Source: Neoechinorhynchus agilis | Lineage: Eukaryota; Animalia; Acanthocephala | Direction of reading: 5' to 3' | Length of the DNA: 64,000 nucleotides | Assembly: GCA_051530055.1 (NCBI GenBank) | Contig: CM121341.1 | Location: forward strand, 4,008,784-4,072,783 | In this document: piece by piece, positions 35,258 through 48,525 of the stretch | Layout of the letters: each line of letters opens with the position of its first letter | How positions within the stretch are numbered: position 1 is the first letter of the stretch | Translations under genes and position numbers: made by a program | Notes under the pieces: model-generated | The model's input: the letters and a program-made list of their open reading frames with translations, nothing else | Databases searched by the model: none | What the model was told of the DNA's origin: nothing

Positions 35258-35676
35258 TCACTCTTCGATATGCACACCAAACAACGAAATGGGTCCACAA
35301 ACTGAATGCCGAATCTTAGTACTACTTTACTCAATTTCCTATTGGTGCATTCACAAGTCTAATCGTGTATAAAGCGCGCATTCAAATTTATGGCAAAAAT
35401 AATGATTTCGACTCAGGTCCCGGTGGCGATTGCTGCTCGGGAATGAAATTATTAACTGTTGTGGCCCTTTTCTCTTTGGTTCCGCACTCGGTCAGGACGA
35501 ATCGCTATCCATCCGAGTTCAGTGAGCATTCCTCCTGTAAAAAATGAGTTTAACTCCGCGGCGGAAAAGGGAAGTGCTGCGTCCTCGACCGTTGCACGCC
35601 AGTACGGCGGGCGACCGTTGTTCGGCGGCTTCCTCCGCGCGGCTGCTGGAGCGCGTCCGCAGCAGTTAATGATTAT

Positions 35677-35748
35677 CGTCCGCGGCAGGACTCGAACCTG
35701 CAATCTTCTGATCCGAAGTCAGACGCGTTGCCATTACGCCACGCGGAC
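35677..35748 (-). tRNA. tRNA-Arg(UCG)
   Basis: GTCCGCG/CGCGGAC acceptor stem, TGGCGTAATGG A box, TCTGA-CT-TCG-GA-TCAGA anticodon arm, GGTTCGAGTCC B box. 72 nt. Confidence 0.97.
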
Positions 35749-36896
35749 TTGTGGTTCGTCCAATTGTTCATGTCATGTGAGACTTTAATGCATTTCTCGA
35801 CATCGTTTTAGGATTTAATCAGAAGTGTAGCCACTTAGTTCTTTTATTGTTGTTCGATGACACTTAATCACCTCTAAAATATAGCATAACGACAGATGGA
35901 AACTTAACGAAATCATGAAATCCATCGCTTCAGTACGGGAAGTACAGAAACTCTTTAACACTCTCCGGCCCAGGAAAACGGCAGGGAATCTAGATATTTG
36001 TGGAAGGCGTCGACAAAGAAAGCCCCTTAAGTTCTGGCGGACGATCTCTCGAGGAAAAACAAGGCCGGGGATACCTCAACTTTTCCAGATAGTTTGAACT
36101 TGCGAAGAATTCATTCCCAGTTTAGACGCTCGTTCAGCCATTTTGTTACCTACATTGAGAAGTCTTTTCATTCCATTAATATCGGTTCTAGGAGAAAGAT
36201 TTAGAATGCGCATTTAAAGTGGAGTGTTGCAATTGAGCGCACCGGGATCATTTAGAGGGTTCATTGGATTATTAAAAAAAGATTTGAGCACAAAGATTCA
36301 CATTGATTTGGATAGATTCCTCTAAAATTCACACACGTCTGAAAACGCGTCAACTGGGATGTTTCGGACGTGTTGCCGCTCTCTTTATCGATTTATCACA
36401 CTGAACACGAATCTTTACGAATGAACATCAAAAAACTACTGACTTCTAACAGAAAAGATGAGCCAAGATTAGCGTAATTGCGTACAATCTTTGGATCAAT
36501 GGTCTATTTAACGAACTTGTAAAGAAATTAATCATTATTGTTTCAATTTCAATTAGCGATATTCACTCAGAAATAGATTTATTAGAAATTAACGACCAAT
36601 CTTACCGAATCTAAATTAGAAATTTCTGACTTAAACGGATACATCAATGCAAAAAACATACACGTTTGTTAAAACCTTGGTTTGAGAAGGAAATCAAAAA
36701 CCTCCTTTAAAGAATCAGCGCTCCTTCCCGTGGCCGAAACCAAATGTAAATTGGTACTAAATCGATAGACCAATCCTTCAGCTCGGCACTATGCTTAATC
36801 GTGACTTTTTTAATCCCTCCGGACTCAACTAAGCTAAAACGATCGCCACAGCATTGTGAATGCTCTAAAACGTAGGGATTTGCTCCTCGAGACAAT

Positions 36897-38130
36897 TGTG
36901 AAACTTCATTTTAAAACAAAGTCGAATTAATCGAATTTCAGCGGTTTATAAGAATCATCAAGGGAAAATCCTTCGGGGATGGTACAAGTTTCCGAACCAC
37001 CTCTGAAATAAAAAAAAATCCCCGCGAACAAAACCTTTTTATACGACCAGAACGCGACTTCCTCTTTCAAACAATCTCAATCCAATCAAATATGAAACTT
37101 CATTTTAAAACAATGTCGAATTAATCGAATTTCAGCGGTTTATCAGAATCATCAAGGGAAAATCCTTCGGGGGATGGTACAAGTTTCGGAACCACCTCTG
37201 GAATAGGAAAAATCCCCGCGAACAAAACCTTTTTACGCGACCAGAACTAGGCTTCCTCTTTCAAACAATCTCAATCCAATCAAATATGAAACTTCATTTT
37301 AAAACAATGTCGAATTAATCGAATTTCAGCGGTTTATAAGAATTATCAAGGGAAAATCCTTCGGGGATGGTACAAGTTTCGGAACCACCTCTGGAATAGG
37401 AAAAATCCAGGCGAACAAAACAAAACCTTTTTATACGACCAAAACGAGACTTCCTGTTTCAAACAACCTCAATCCAATTAAATGTGAAACTTCATTTTAA
37501 AACAATGTCGAATTAATCGAATTTAAACGGTTTATAAGAACCATTAATGGAAAATCCTTCGGGGATGATAGAGTTGTGGTGGTTACAGGATAAAACACAT
37601 TTTATTGGGATATTTCGATAGACGAGCCTATCGTCCAAGAACCTTTGGAATAGCGATCCTCCATCGCACGCATCCGAGCCACACAAATCAAGAAAAACCT
37701 TTTTATACAACCAGAACGCGACTTCCTCTTTCAAACAATCTCAATCCAATCAAATGTGAAACTTCATTTTAAAAAAAAGTCGAATTAATCGAATTTCAGC
37801 GGTTTATAAGAATCATCAAGGGAAAATCCTTCGGGGATGGTACACGTCTAGGAACCACCTCTGAAATAGGAAAAATTCCCCCGAACAAAACCTTTTTACG
37901 CGACCAGAACGAGACTTCCTGTTTCAAACAATCTCAATCCAATCAAATGTGAAACTTCATTTTAAAACAAAGTCGAATTAATCGAATTTCAGCGGTATAT
38001 AAGAATCATCAAGGGAAAATCCTTCGGGGGATGGTACAAGTCTCGGAACCACCTCTGAAATAAAAAAATCCCCCTGAACAAAACCTTTTTACACGACCAG
38101 AACGAGACTTCCTGTTTCGAAATATCTCAA
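36897..38130. repeat. ~194-bp tandem array, ~6 copies, just upstream of beta-TrCP; one unit carries a ~130-bp unique segment
   Basis: TGAAACTTCATTTTAAAAC near 36899, 37093, 37287, 37485, 37756, 37950. Unique segment at about 37566-37695. Confidence 0.93.
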
Positions 38131-38241
38131 TTTATCCGGTAATCACGGCAATTCCAGAAAGGTTGAAATGCCATATCAGTCGTCCCGGACGGCTTCTTTC
38201 GTTACAGCCCAAGTCCATTATGATTACGACGGACTTACTGG

Positions 38242-39654
38242 ATGGAATCACCTACGATGCAAAACCAGCACAAGTTAACTGTCTCGTCTTTAACCGATTC
38301 TTATATAGAAGACTTTTTGGTGTTATTTCGCCAGGAATCGTCCCTGAAGCAATTGGAAGCAATGAAGAAACTTATTGGATCTATGGATCACAGCCAAAAT
38401 ATTCTTCTTAAGTCGTTTTTGAAATCGAGACTTCGAACGGACATTATTTGGGGATTGTATGAGAAAGGATTGGATCATTTGATTGAAAAGATTTTTCTGA
38501 ACCTGGATGGGCGTTCTTTGTGTGCAGCTGAATCCGTCAGCCTAAATTGGCGTTCATGTGTGGACTTTTCTTATGTTTGGAAGCAGTGCCTTCTGCGTAG
38601 ACTCGTAGAGGACCCTGTTTTCGAAAGCGTTGTAGCCCACGATCTTCATTTTGATGGTCGTCAACATAAATGTAAATCGATTTTGAAATACGCTGATGAA
38701 ACGATTGATCGATACGATAAGAACTGGATGGCAGGAAGATGTCGCATTTCACGTATCGATTGCCGAAGCAATCATACAAAAGGAGTTTACTGTCTTCAAT
38801 ATGACCACGAGAAGATCGTTTGTGGACTACGAGATAAAACGGTGAAGGTATGGAATAGAGAATCTTCTCAAAGTACAAACACAGCTACTTATTATTGTTC
38901 GCTTAGTGGGCACACGGGTTCCGTTCTTTGCCTTCAATACTGTGACGATTACCTGGTAACCGGGTCCTCGGATTCTACTATAAAAATCTGGTCTTTATCC
39001 CAAAAACGAGAACTTCTCACTATTCATCACCATACTGAAGCTGTTTTGCATGTTAGATTCGCTGAAAAGACAATAGTGTCCAGCTCCAGAGATCACACAA
39101 TTGGCATATTCGAAATGAACTTGGAACCAAAAGTGATTCATATGAACTCTCACACTCTTAGAGGTCATCGGGCAGCAGTAAATGCCGTTGATTTTGATAA
39201 TCGATTTATCGTCAGCGCATCCGGTGATCGATCCATTCGGATTTGGAACCTTAAGACTCGTGAATGTATGCGAACTCTCTTGGCACATCGACGTGGAATT
39301 GCTTGTCTTCAAATGAAAGGCGATCTTATTGTGAGTGGATCTTCCGATAACACTGTAAAGATATGGAATTTAATATCAGGACAATGTCTGAGAACTCTCG
39401 AAGGACACGCTGATCTTGTCCGGTGTATAAGGTTCGACGATAGACGCATCATTTCTGGATCCTATGATGGAATCCTGAAAATTTGGGATCTTCAACGAGC
39501 ACTCGACACTCAAAACAAATACGACGACCAACAATGCTGCCTTTTCAGCAATCAAATCCACACTGGACGAATTTTCCGCATTCAGTTCGATCATAAGCTT
39601 GTCCTTACAGCCGCACACGATGACTCCATTGCTTTTGTGGATTTTAGCGTTTAA
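38242..39654 (+). CDS. BTRC: F-box/WD40 protein beta-TrCP (Slimb), intronless
   Basis: GLDHLIEKIFLNLDGRSLCAAESVS F-box, KGVYCLQYDHEKIVCGLRDKTVKVW, GHTGSVLCLQY, GHRAAVNAVDFD, HRRGIACLQ, GHADLVRCIRFD, HTGRIFRIQFD. Confidence 0.95.
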   Translation: MESPTMQNQHKLTVSSLTDSYIEDFLVLFRQESSLKQLEAMKKLIGSMDHSQNILLKSFLKSRLRTDIIWGLYEKGLDHLIEKIFLNLDGRSLCAAESVSLNWRSCVDFSYVWKQCLLRRLVEDPVFESVVAHDLHFDGRQHKCKSILKYADETIDRYDKNWMAGRCRISRIDCRSNHTKGVYCLQYDHEKIVCGLRDKTVKVWNRESSQSTNTATYYCSLSGHTGSVLCLQYCDDYLVTGSSDSTIKIWSLSQKRELLTIHHHTEAVLHVRFAEKTIVSSSRDHTIGIFEMNLEPKVIHMNSHTLRGHRAAVNAVDFDNRFIVSASGDRSIRIWNLKTRECMRTLLAHRRGIACLQMKGDLIVSGSSDNTVKIWNLISGQCLRTLEGHADLVRCIRFDDRRIISGSYDGILKIWDLQRALDTQNKYDDQQCCLFSNQIHTGRIFRIQFDHKLVLTAAHDDSIAFVDFSV

Positions 39655-41064
39655 AACGCAACCGAATCTAGAGAGTTTTGTGTGAAAGTGTAAACCTTGT
39701 CTGTGAAGTCGCGAGAGTGTGTGCTTCGCTCTATCAAAATGAGTCTGTGAATACTTTTTCTCTCTCGCGATATGTCAAAAATATATTTCCTCTTTAGGTC
39801 TTCATAGGAAATTTTATCATTTTAGATTAAGCAATCACGGCTTAACAAAAAAACCCAACGGAATCGTAGACTCAAGTTAAAAAAAGACGTTTCCTGCTTT
39901 TGCTGGGACTTTGCAAGCATTCTCTAGACTAATTTTGCTATTTTTTTAAAACCACTTCCACCTCAATATCTGACGTCTAGATTTAAAAAAACTAAATATA
40001 TATGTCATGGGGTTTTCGGGAATCCGAAGAAAATATCCTATCGGAATGGTGTCCGAATTAATTCGCTCTGTATTTAATTTTCAGACCAAAAATCCCCATT
40101 TGAGATTTTTATAATGAAATCTTTTCAAAACGCTGTCAAAGAAAACGAACTTATAGCGTATTTTTGGGGGAAATTGTTTCTTAAAGTTAAATACAAAGGA
40201 ACTTCAATTTTATACGAAACGTCTATTTTATCCCGATTGCTGTCCTGCTTTTGCTGGGACTTTGCAAGCATTCTCTAGACTAATTTTGCTATTTTTTTAA
40301 AACCACTTCCACCTCAATATCTGACGTCTAGATTTAAAAAAACTAAATATATATGTCATGGGGTTTTCGGGAATCCGAAATAGATCTCGTATTAAAATAG
40401 TGCCCGGTCACTAACCTTCTATAAAAACAATTCAATAATTGAGCCAAGATAAAAAATGGCAGAGTTTGTCAGATCGATAAGATGTGTGTGTGTCCAGGGA
40501 AAATTATTAGTCATATAAGTGATGTTCAGTTCAACACTTGAAGAAAATTTGTAAAAAGTTTCGATAGGAACGGAGGAACATCTTTATCTTCTACTGCACC
40601 TCGCAGCTGATTCTCTACTTCGTTGTTTTGTTGCGACCAACCATTTTCAAATACTTTTTTTTAAATTCTACGATGTTTGGTAAAGAGACGGATCGAGATG
40701 TATAAAAACCAAGGAACGTTCAGCAAGCTAACAAATTGACCACTGGATTTTTTGGCATTGTCGATTTCACAACTCTGAATACTCTTCTTTAGAAGGACTT
40801 TCCATCGAGACGGCGTCGAGATAATATTCCTAATTGACTGAAGAGTAGCATTTGTCTATCAGATGCGCCGGATGAAGGTTGATGCTTGCTTTACTGCAAA
40901 AAATCTCTAGTTGAATCTGAAATTATTTGTTCTCAAAAGTTCGTGCTGCGACTAATTTAAAACAGATCCATTAATAATCGATGAAGAAAAATCAATAAAA
41001 TTTGCAACATATACGCACTCGAGGTTGAGGCAACCACACGCAAAAATTTTGAAAGAATATTCAA

Positions 41065-41546
41065 ATATCAATGTGTGGCCTTTTTATGGCACGGCTGATA
41101 ATTCTCGGGCACACAGCCCACCGATCTGGTTCGGAGAATTCAATTACTCAATGCACTGAACCATCCGGTAAAAGAGTTTATACATCCTCGTCCGGATCCT
41201 CAGATACCTCCCGATGAGGCGGGACTCTCATTTGTGAGTTTCCTCCCTTCAACGAGGTATTTCGTCCTCTTTTTGGTTGTGCGTCATCTTTGGTAACGGA
41301 TTCGAACCAGTTGACCTTTAATCGGGATCACGGGCATTAGTCCACTTGACCACCTCAACACAACTACGGAATGTACAAAATCAGCCCCGCCTCATCGGGC
41401 GGTATCTGAGGATCCGGACGAGGATGTATAAACTCTTTTACCGGATGGTTCAGTGCATTGAGTAATTGAATTCTCTGAACCAGATCGGTGGGCTGTGTGC
41501 CCGAAAATTATCAGCCGTGTGATAAAAAAAGGCCACACATTGATAT
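41065..41546. mobile_element. MITE-like foldback element B with ~160-bp inverted arms
   Basis: ATATCAATGTGTGGCC...GATGAGGCGGG (41065-41223) versus CCCGCCTCATC...GGCCACACATTGATAT (41386-41546). Confidence 0.88.
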
Positions 41547-41676
41547 AAGTTACCGGCTTTCCAATCTTCAAAAAGAATATTTCAATGTTCATATCTAACG
41601 ACAAAATTTCATAGCGAAAATTCCGGTCGGAAATCGTAAGAATGTTTTTGTGTGTTGAAAAAAGGTGAAGAACGCA

Positions 41677-44600
41677 TTATCCCCGCATTACTGCAACTTG
41701 TTTAAAAAGTTGTACACAGCTCTGAAACTCGCCCGATCTTCTTTTTCTTAAATACTCCACGGGATTCACGTTCCTCAGATCATCACTATTGCCCAGATTC
41801 CTACTAGTTTGCCTTGGAAATAAGAAATGGAGGCAATTCTGTTCGCAACATAGAGTTAAACAATCATTTTGATGGCCGATGGCGACTCCAGTGTGAGTGC
41901 AAGTGCGATCACCAACCTCGAGCTGGAGTCCACATTGTGGCCAGTATTGAGTACCGTACATTTGACAAGCACCACTCATTCCATTCGTGGCTACTAGAAT
42001 TGTACCTGATCGATTGATTTTCATGTCCGCGTTATCGAAATTAGACATTGTACTATTGGCCGACGAAGCAACTGAGCAGTCGATTTTCACTGGTGTAAAA
42101 GGTCGGCTCTGTCGCATGAAAATAGATGTGTTGTACTTGTAAATGACCATAGGAGTCGATCTAGGCTGAATGTACGTAAATTGCTTCTCAAAATCAGTGA
42201 TAATGTTGCGACAACCACTGTTGTCGTTCAATGGCATATCAAACGAGTAGAAACAAGTTGTCCGTTGGCGAATGTCCCAGACGAGAAGCGCTTTTTTGTT
42301 GTATTGACCAATCAATAGGTGATTCGGACTCAAAAATGATACTCCTCGAATACTGCTTAAACTTCGAAGGTGCGGAACGTGAACGGTTATTTGAGTCGCA
42401 GTGTCTCTTAAACAACAAGGTAGTCAAAAAAATATGAGATGCTAACATTTGAACTCGAATTAAATATCAATTTTTCGAAAGAAAAAATCTAGCTTTTATA
42501 AACATCGCATATTAAAGAACGCTTTAAAAAGTCCGGTGTAACATTAAAATAAAGAGTACAATAAACTTTTTTTAATTTCTCGATTTTAGAAAAAAACCTT
42601 GATTTCCGTGTCATGAATATTTTTTAAATCGCCTGCAATTATTTTCTCGCCATCAAGAGTCTAAATGCACCAAAATGAGGAGTATTTATAAAAAAAGTAT
42701 TTAAAGAACGCTTTAAAAAGTCCGGTGTAACATTAAAATAAAGAGTACAATAAACTTTTTTTAATTTCTCGATTTTAGAAAAACCTTGATTTCCGTGTCA
42801 TGAATATTTTTTAAATCGCCTGCAATTATTTCTCGCCATCAAGAGTCTAAATCACCAAAATGAGGAGTATTTATAAAAAAAGTATTTAAAGAACGCTTTA
42901 AAAAGTCCGGTGTAACATTAAAATAAAGAGTACAATAAACTTTTTTTAATTTCTCGATTTTAGAAAAACTTGATTTCTGTCATGAATATTTTTTAAATCG
43001 CTGCAATTATTTTCTCGCCATCAAGAGTTCTAAATGCACCAAAATGAGGAGTATTTATAAAAAAAGTATTTAAAGAACGCTTTAAAAAGTCCGGTGTAAC
43101 ATTAAAATAAAGAGTACAATAAACTTTTTTTAATTTCTCGATTTTAGAAAAAAACCTTGATTTCCGTGTCATGAATATTTTTTAAATCGCCTGCAATTAT
43201 TTTCTCGCCATCAAGAGTTCTAAATGCACCAAAATGAGGAGTTATTTATAAAAAAAGTATTTAAAGAACGCTTTAAAAAGTCCGGTGTAACATTAAAATA
43301 AAGAGTACAATAAACTTTTTTTAATTTCTCGATTTTAGAAAAAAACCTTGATTTCCGTGTCATGAATATTTTTTAAATCGCCTGCAATTATTTTCTCGCC
43401 ATCAAGAGTTCTAAATGCACCAAAATGAGGAGTTATTTATAAAAAAAGTATTTAAAGAACGCTTTAAAAAGTCCGGTGTAACATTAAAATAAAGAGTACA
43501 ATAAACTTTTTTTAATTTCTCGATTTTAGAAAAAAACCTTGATTTCCGTGTCATGAATATTTTTTAAATCGCCTGCAATTATTTTCTCGCCATCAAGAGT
43601 TCTAAATGCACCAAAATGAGGAGTTATTTATAAAAAAAGTATTTAAAGAACGCTTTAAAAATCCGGTGTAACATTAAAATAAAGAGTACAATAAACTTTT
43701 TTTAATTTCTCGATTTTAGAAAAAACCTTGATTTCCGTGTCATGAATATTTTTTAAATCGCCTGCAATTATTTTCTCGCCATCAAGAGTTCTAAATGCAC
43801 CAAAATGAGGAGTTATTTATAAAAAAAGTATTTAAAGAACGCTTTAAAAAGTCCGGTGTAACATTAAAATAAAGAGTACAATAAACTTTTTTTAATTTCT
43901 CGATTTTAGAAAAAACCTTGATTTCCGTGTCATGAATATTTTTTAAATCGCCTGCAATTATTTTCTCGCCATCAAGAGTTCTAAATGCACCAAAATGAGG
44001 AGTTATTTATAAAAAAAGTATTTAAAGAACGCTTTAAAAAGTCCGGTGTAACATTAAAATAAAGAGTACAATAAACTTTTTTTAATTTCTCGATTTTAGA
44101 AAAAACCTTGATTTCCGTGTCATGAATATTTTTTAAATCGCCTGCAATTATTTTCTCGCCATCAAGAGTTCTAAATGCACCAAAATGAGGAGTTATTTAT
44201 AAAAAAAGTATTTAAAGAACGCTTTAAAAAGTCCGGTGTAACATTAAAATAAAGAGTACAATAAACTTTTTTTAATTTCTCGATTTTAGAAAAAAAACCT
44301 TGATTTCCGTGTCATGAATATTTTTTAAATCGCCTGCAATTATTTTCTCGCCATCAAGAGTTCTAAATGCACCAAAATGAGGAGTTATTTATAAAAAAAG
44401 TATTTAAAGAACGCTTTAAAAAGTCCGGTGTAACATTAAAATAAAGAGTACAATAAACTTTTTTTAATTTCTCGATTTTAGAAAAAAACCTTGATTTCCG
44501 TGTCATGAATATTTTTTAAATCGCCTGCAATTATTTTCTCGCCATCAAGAGTTCTAAATGCACCAAAATGAGGAGTTATTTATAAAAAAAGTATTTAAAG

Positions 44601-45434
44601 AACGCCTTAAAAAGTCCGGTGTAACATTAAAATAAAGAGTACAATAAACTTTTTTTAATTTCTCGATTTTAGAAAATAAAAAAACTACCTTGATTTCTAT
44701 GTCATGAATTCTGCAATTTCCTAAATCGTCTGCAACTGCAATTATTTTTTCGTCGACCACATCAAGACCTCTAAATCCACCAAAATGAGGAGTTATTTAT
44801 AAAAAAAGTATTTAAAGAACGCCTTAAAAAGTCCGGTGTAACATTAAAATGAGTACAACAAAACTTTTTTTAATTTTTTGGTTTTAGAAAATAAAAAAAC
44901 TACCTTGATTTCTATGTCATGAATTCTGCAATTTCCTAAATCGTCTGCAACTGCAATTATTTTTTCGTCGACCACATCAAGACCTCTAAATCCACCAAAA
45001 TGAGGAGGTATTGAAAATCGACTATGACCACCATCAGGTGACAATTTCGTGTATTGAATCATCCCGCTGAATCCTGAAGTGACAATACAATCGGGTCCTG
45101 CCCATTTTATCTTCTGAATTCCGTTATGATGAATTCCGTTGATTTCAACGGTCTTTTTTACATCGGTCGATATACAATCAACTTTGTATAATCTCAATCC
45201 GCCGATATGGTTACCAATGGCTAATATTTCATTAGAATCCACAAAAGGACTAAATTCACAGACGTAAGGTTCGTGGTGTAATCGAACAGTTAACATCTCG
45301 TTCTTTGCTCCTCCGAATGTTTGAAGATATCGTCGATAGTAAGCCAATGGGATTTTAGAATAGCTTCGGACTACTGAGAAGTTACTTTCAGATTCTTGTA
45401 TTTTAGGCCTTTTAGGACTATATAATTCGTCCAT
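41677..45434 (-). CDS. DTL: CDT2/DTL-like WD40 protein, interrupted by an intron-filling tandem array
   Basis: PYVCEFSP...ILAIGNHIGGLRLY...HHNGIQKIKW parallels DTL PFGCTFS...LAVANEEGFVRLY...HWNAVFDLAW. Downstream SIRGVSFLSPNHLL...LLVWDIRQ. Exon-2 acceptor phase not resolved. Confidence 0.7.
42520..45010 (-). repeat. ~190-bp tandem array (13 copies) built from the CDT2 exon-1 3' end, splice donor and intron start
   Basis: GTCCGG spacing 184-192 bp, 217 bp for the exon-proximal unit. The proximal unit repeats HFGGFRGLDVVDEKIIAVADDLGNCRIHDIEIK|GT exactly. Confidence 0.93.
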
Positions 45435-46959
45435 GTGTATCTAAAAGGAATTCGATGTTACAATTCACAAGAATAGGAGAGAAAGGTGAGAAAAAAGAAG
45501 ATCGTTGATAGGAAAGGGGTCGCCTATTTATGCTAGCAAATTTCGATCAGCTGCTTTGGGCAGAGATAAATATAATTGTTGAAAAGATAATTCATTGTTA
45601 TTTGTCGATAGGAGAAATAAATGAAATTAAGATTTTATTGGATATTTCGATCCACTATCTCGGATCTTTTTCAGCGACTGTTAAAGTGTTTCGAAACCAA
45701 ACTGAAAGTTATAAAGCTGTTTTTCGCAGTGAGAAATCCTTAGCGGAAATCGATCTTCTCCTATCGACAAATAAATATAATTGCTGCATTGAACATTTAT
45801 ATGATTTAAATAGTTGAATTCACAAGTTTAAAACCTAAAAACAAAGGAGGTCTTTTGTCATTCATATGCAATAAACAATTCCCAACCTTTTCTTATACGA
45901 TTCTGAGCATCTAGACCGACTCTTTTTAAGGAAGATACTTTGATCTTGGGAAAGCAAAGAAATTCACCATTTGAGGAAGCGGGAGATAAGATCTTGCTTG
46001 ATACTTAGTTTTTTAAGGTTATTATAACAGCAGCGATTTTATAGGAGTGAAATTAAGAATTCAGAGCTAAAAGACCGAATAAAAACACCTCACTTTTAAG
46101 CCGGAAATTATTTCAAGATTTGTAGCTGTTTAAACGAACTTTAGTTGAGAAAACTTTGAAAACTACATACAAGGAGAATCATTAAGCAAAATCAACAAAT
46201 TGCACGTCGATAAAATTAGAATCTTCCACTGTTTCCCTGTGGTTTTTAAACGAATTTTTGTTTCTCTACAACGGACGGAAAACGCTGCATCCTTGAGTTC
46301 GACCATTACACAACGAAGGCCACTGAGTGATCCAAAACAGTGGCGTGAATGTTTTTTCGAACTCTTTTGGTCCAGTTTTAAAAAATAAACATCATTTTAC
46401 TATTATTTTTTTCGCATAAGAGCCTAATAAAAATTCGCAATGCAGTATAAATAAAATTCGCAAGTACCTTAGAGTGTTTCCGACGAGTGACATTTCATGG
46501 CAGGAATCATTAGTCACGCACACACACATCAATGTCCCATCGGCATCTATAAACATGACGTCATTGTAAATGATGAATTCTTCCAGAGAAAAACAGGTTT
46601 TTCGCATTTCTTCCACTTCGAAACGATTGTAGGGTTATTACAGGGAAGTTTTGTCGCGACTCTGCCGTTTAAATACGAAGCCACCGATTGGTTCGTGCAG
46701 AAAACAAGATTATCGTTTCGAAATGACGTCATTGTAGATTTTGAATTCTTCCGTTTCAAAAAGTTTTGTCTCGTTTCTTCCAGTTCAAAACGAAACAACG
46801 TTTTATTTTGTTTCTTCCGTCAAAGAACGAATAGTAAATAGTCGCATTTCGAGAAGAAGGAAAATCTTGCATTCCCCCGGAAAGCCTTTGCCTCACTTCC
46901 GTTTAAAAACGGGGCAAATATAAAGTTTTTTAGAATGCGAGATTTATTGAATGAAATGC

Positions 46960-48480
46960 CTAGCCGTCCTCAATTGTCGCCCGAATGCTTGCAGTGTTGC
47001 CTCTCAACACGGCGATGCTGATATTTTGAATGCATCACCGGTTATAACCTGAAGGCGTCGTTTCAGATTCCTCAGGAGCTGAAGAGCCTCGCTACCAAGA
47101 GATCCGTAGTTCTCAACTCCAGGGCTAAATCGAGGTATTTCGCCGTTTTCCGTCTTTCCACAGCGCTCGCTGCACCTCCAGCTCGAACCACCGAGAACTT
47201 GAGATTGCTGGCCGCGAGATTATCGACACAAGTGGCGTTCCAGAGGAGGCATTTACCCTTCCGCCACGGAAATGCGGTCACCCCACCGTTCCAAAATATC
47301 GGGCGTATTTACCGCATAACAAGTGCCCGGCTCAGCACCATGTAAATTTCGGAATGTCTTGCGAATCTGCAGGCTGATTTTCTACAGATGAGACCATAAC
47401 GTCCCGACGAATCCACATTTGCACTGCAGCGGCAACGGTGGGGATGACACATCGGTAGTCCCAGTCTCATTGAAACTCCGACCAGTACTGCCTCGTCGAA
47501 GAGGAGAGTACCCTAGGATGCCAACGGGACCGCGGATTCTCCAGTGGAGACGGCCAACAACCTGGCACGGACAACGTCGTTTGATTCTGATAAGAGAGAG
47601 AGCTTTGGACTCTTGCGACGAGAGGTCCACACGGATTGTTTTTGGCCATTCATAGGTACTTGATCTCCACTCACTGATTCCCTCTTCAAAATGCCTATCG
47701 ATATGATAAGCAGATTTCAGAATGCGCGGAACTGCGCTTCTGCTTCCCTCACAGGAACCTAAAAATGCGGGCAAGGATGCTTGTCGCCATGCCTCTTCTG
47801 ATAGCTGGACATTTCAAAACTTGCTCGAGACAGTCCTTCAATCTGTTATCTAGCTTGCCAAGTTTAACCTCGTGCTTGAAAAACGGGGCAGTGCGTAGAA
47901 CATAAAGGAACTTGGGGATGAAGAGGGTATTCTTTATCAAGAACAAAGCCTCGTGTGATCCAAGCTCACAGACCCTATCGCAAAGCACCGATAACTTCTT
48001 TAGAAGGTTGTTAATTTAGTTTTCTACGTTCCCATCAAAGACGCAACTGCCCTAAGGTTTATGCCGGTAATGGTCGATCATTTCTATCCCGGGTGCAACA
48101 AGTTCAAAGTCGCGCTTTATTTCGTCTTTTGCAGGGCCGCTCTCTATATTACAGAATAGAATTTCGCACTTTTCTGTGCTCAATTCAATGTCTAGCTTAC
48201 TTGCCTCTATCTTGTGACAAATCATGGCATCTGCGTCACCACGCAAATCACTACAGTACTCCAGCACAAAGTACCAATCTCCACAATGCAAAAGGCTTGT
48301 CCAAGATATTTCGGTATTTGCCTCGAGACAGTCGCTCAGCAGGGCTTCTTCGCTACCTAAAATCGAGCGCCCTTCGGGATCCGCTTCAGGATGTTTCTGG
48401 GCAGCGCACGATCTGCAGCAACGAAGGGTTGCAATGGACGATGTTTTGGATGTTCTAACGAGGTTCATTGAGCTGAGGAG
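46960..48480 (-). mobile_element. Degenerate CRE-clade non-LTR retrotransposon (RT remnants, zinc knuckle, REL)
   Basis: ELSTEKCE, SHEALFLIKNTLFIPKFLYVLRTAP, QCKCG..H, PWRKGKCLLWNATCVDNLAAS...ERRKTAKY, ISIAVLRGNTASI. Many deletions and frameshifts. Confidence 0.85.
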
Positions 48481-48525
48481 CAGAGCTTGCTAGCAGAAGG
48501 CCGGGACCAACACATCAAGAATCCC

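Noticed and set aside
35410-35670. Assignment of the GC-rich region to SRP RNA, RNase P/MRP or an HDV-like ribozyme
   Set aside because: Only fragments match (CGGTGGCG, CTCGGGA, TCCTCG). SRP helix 8, the P4 partner and HDV P1/J4-2 are missing.
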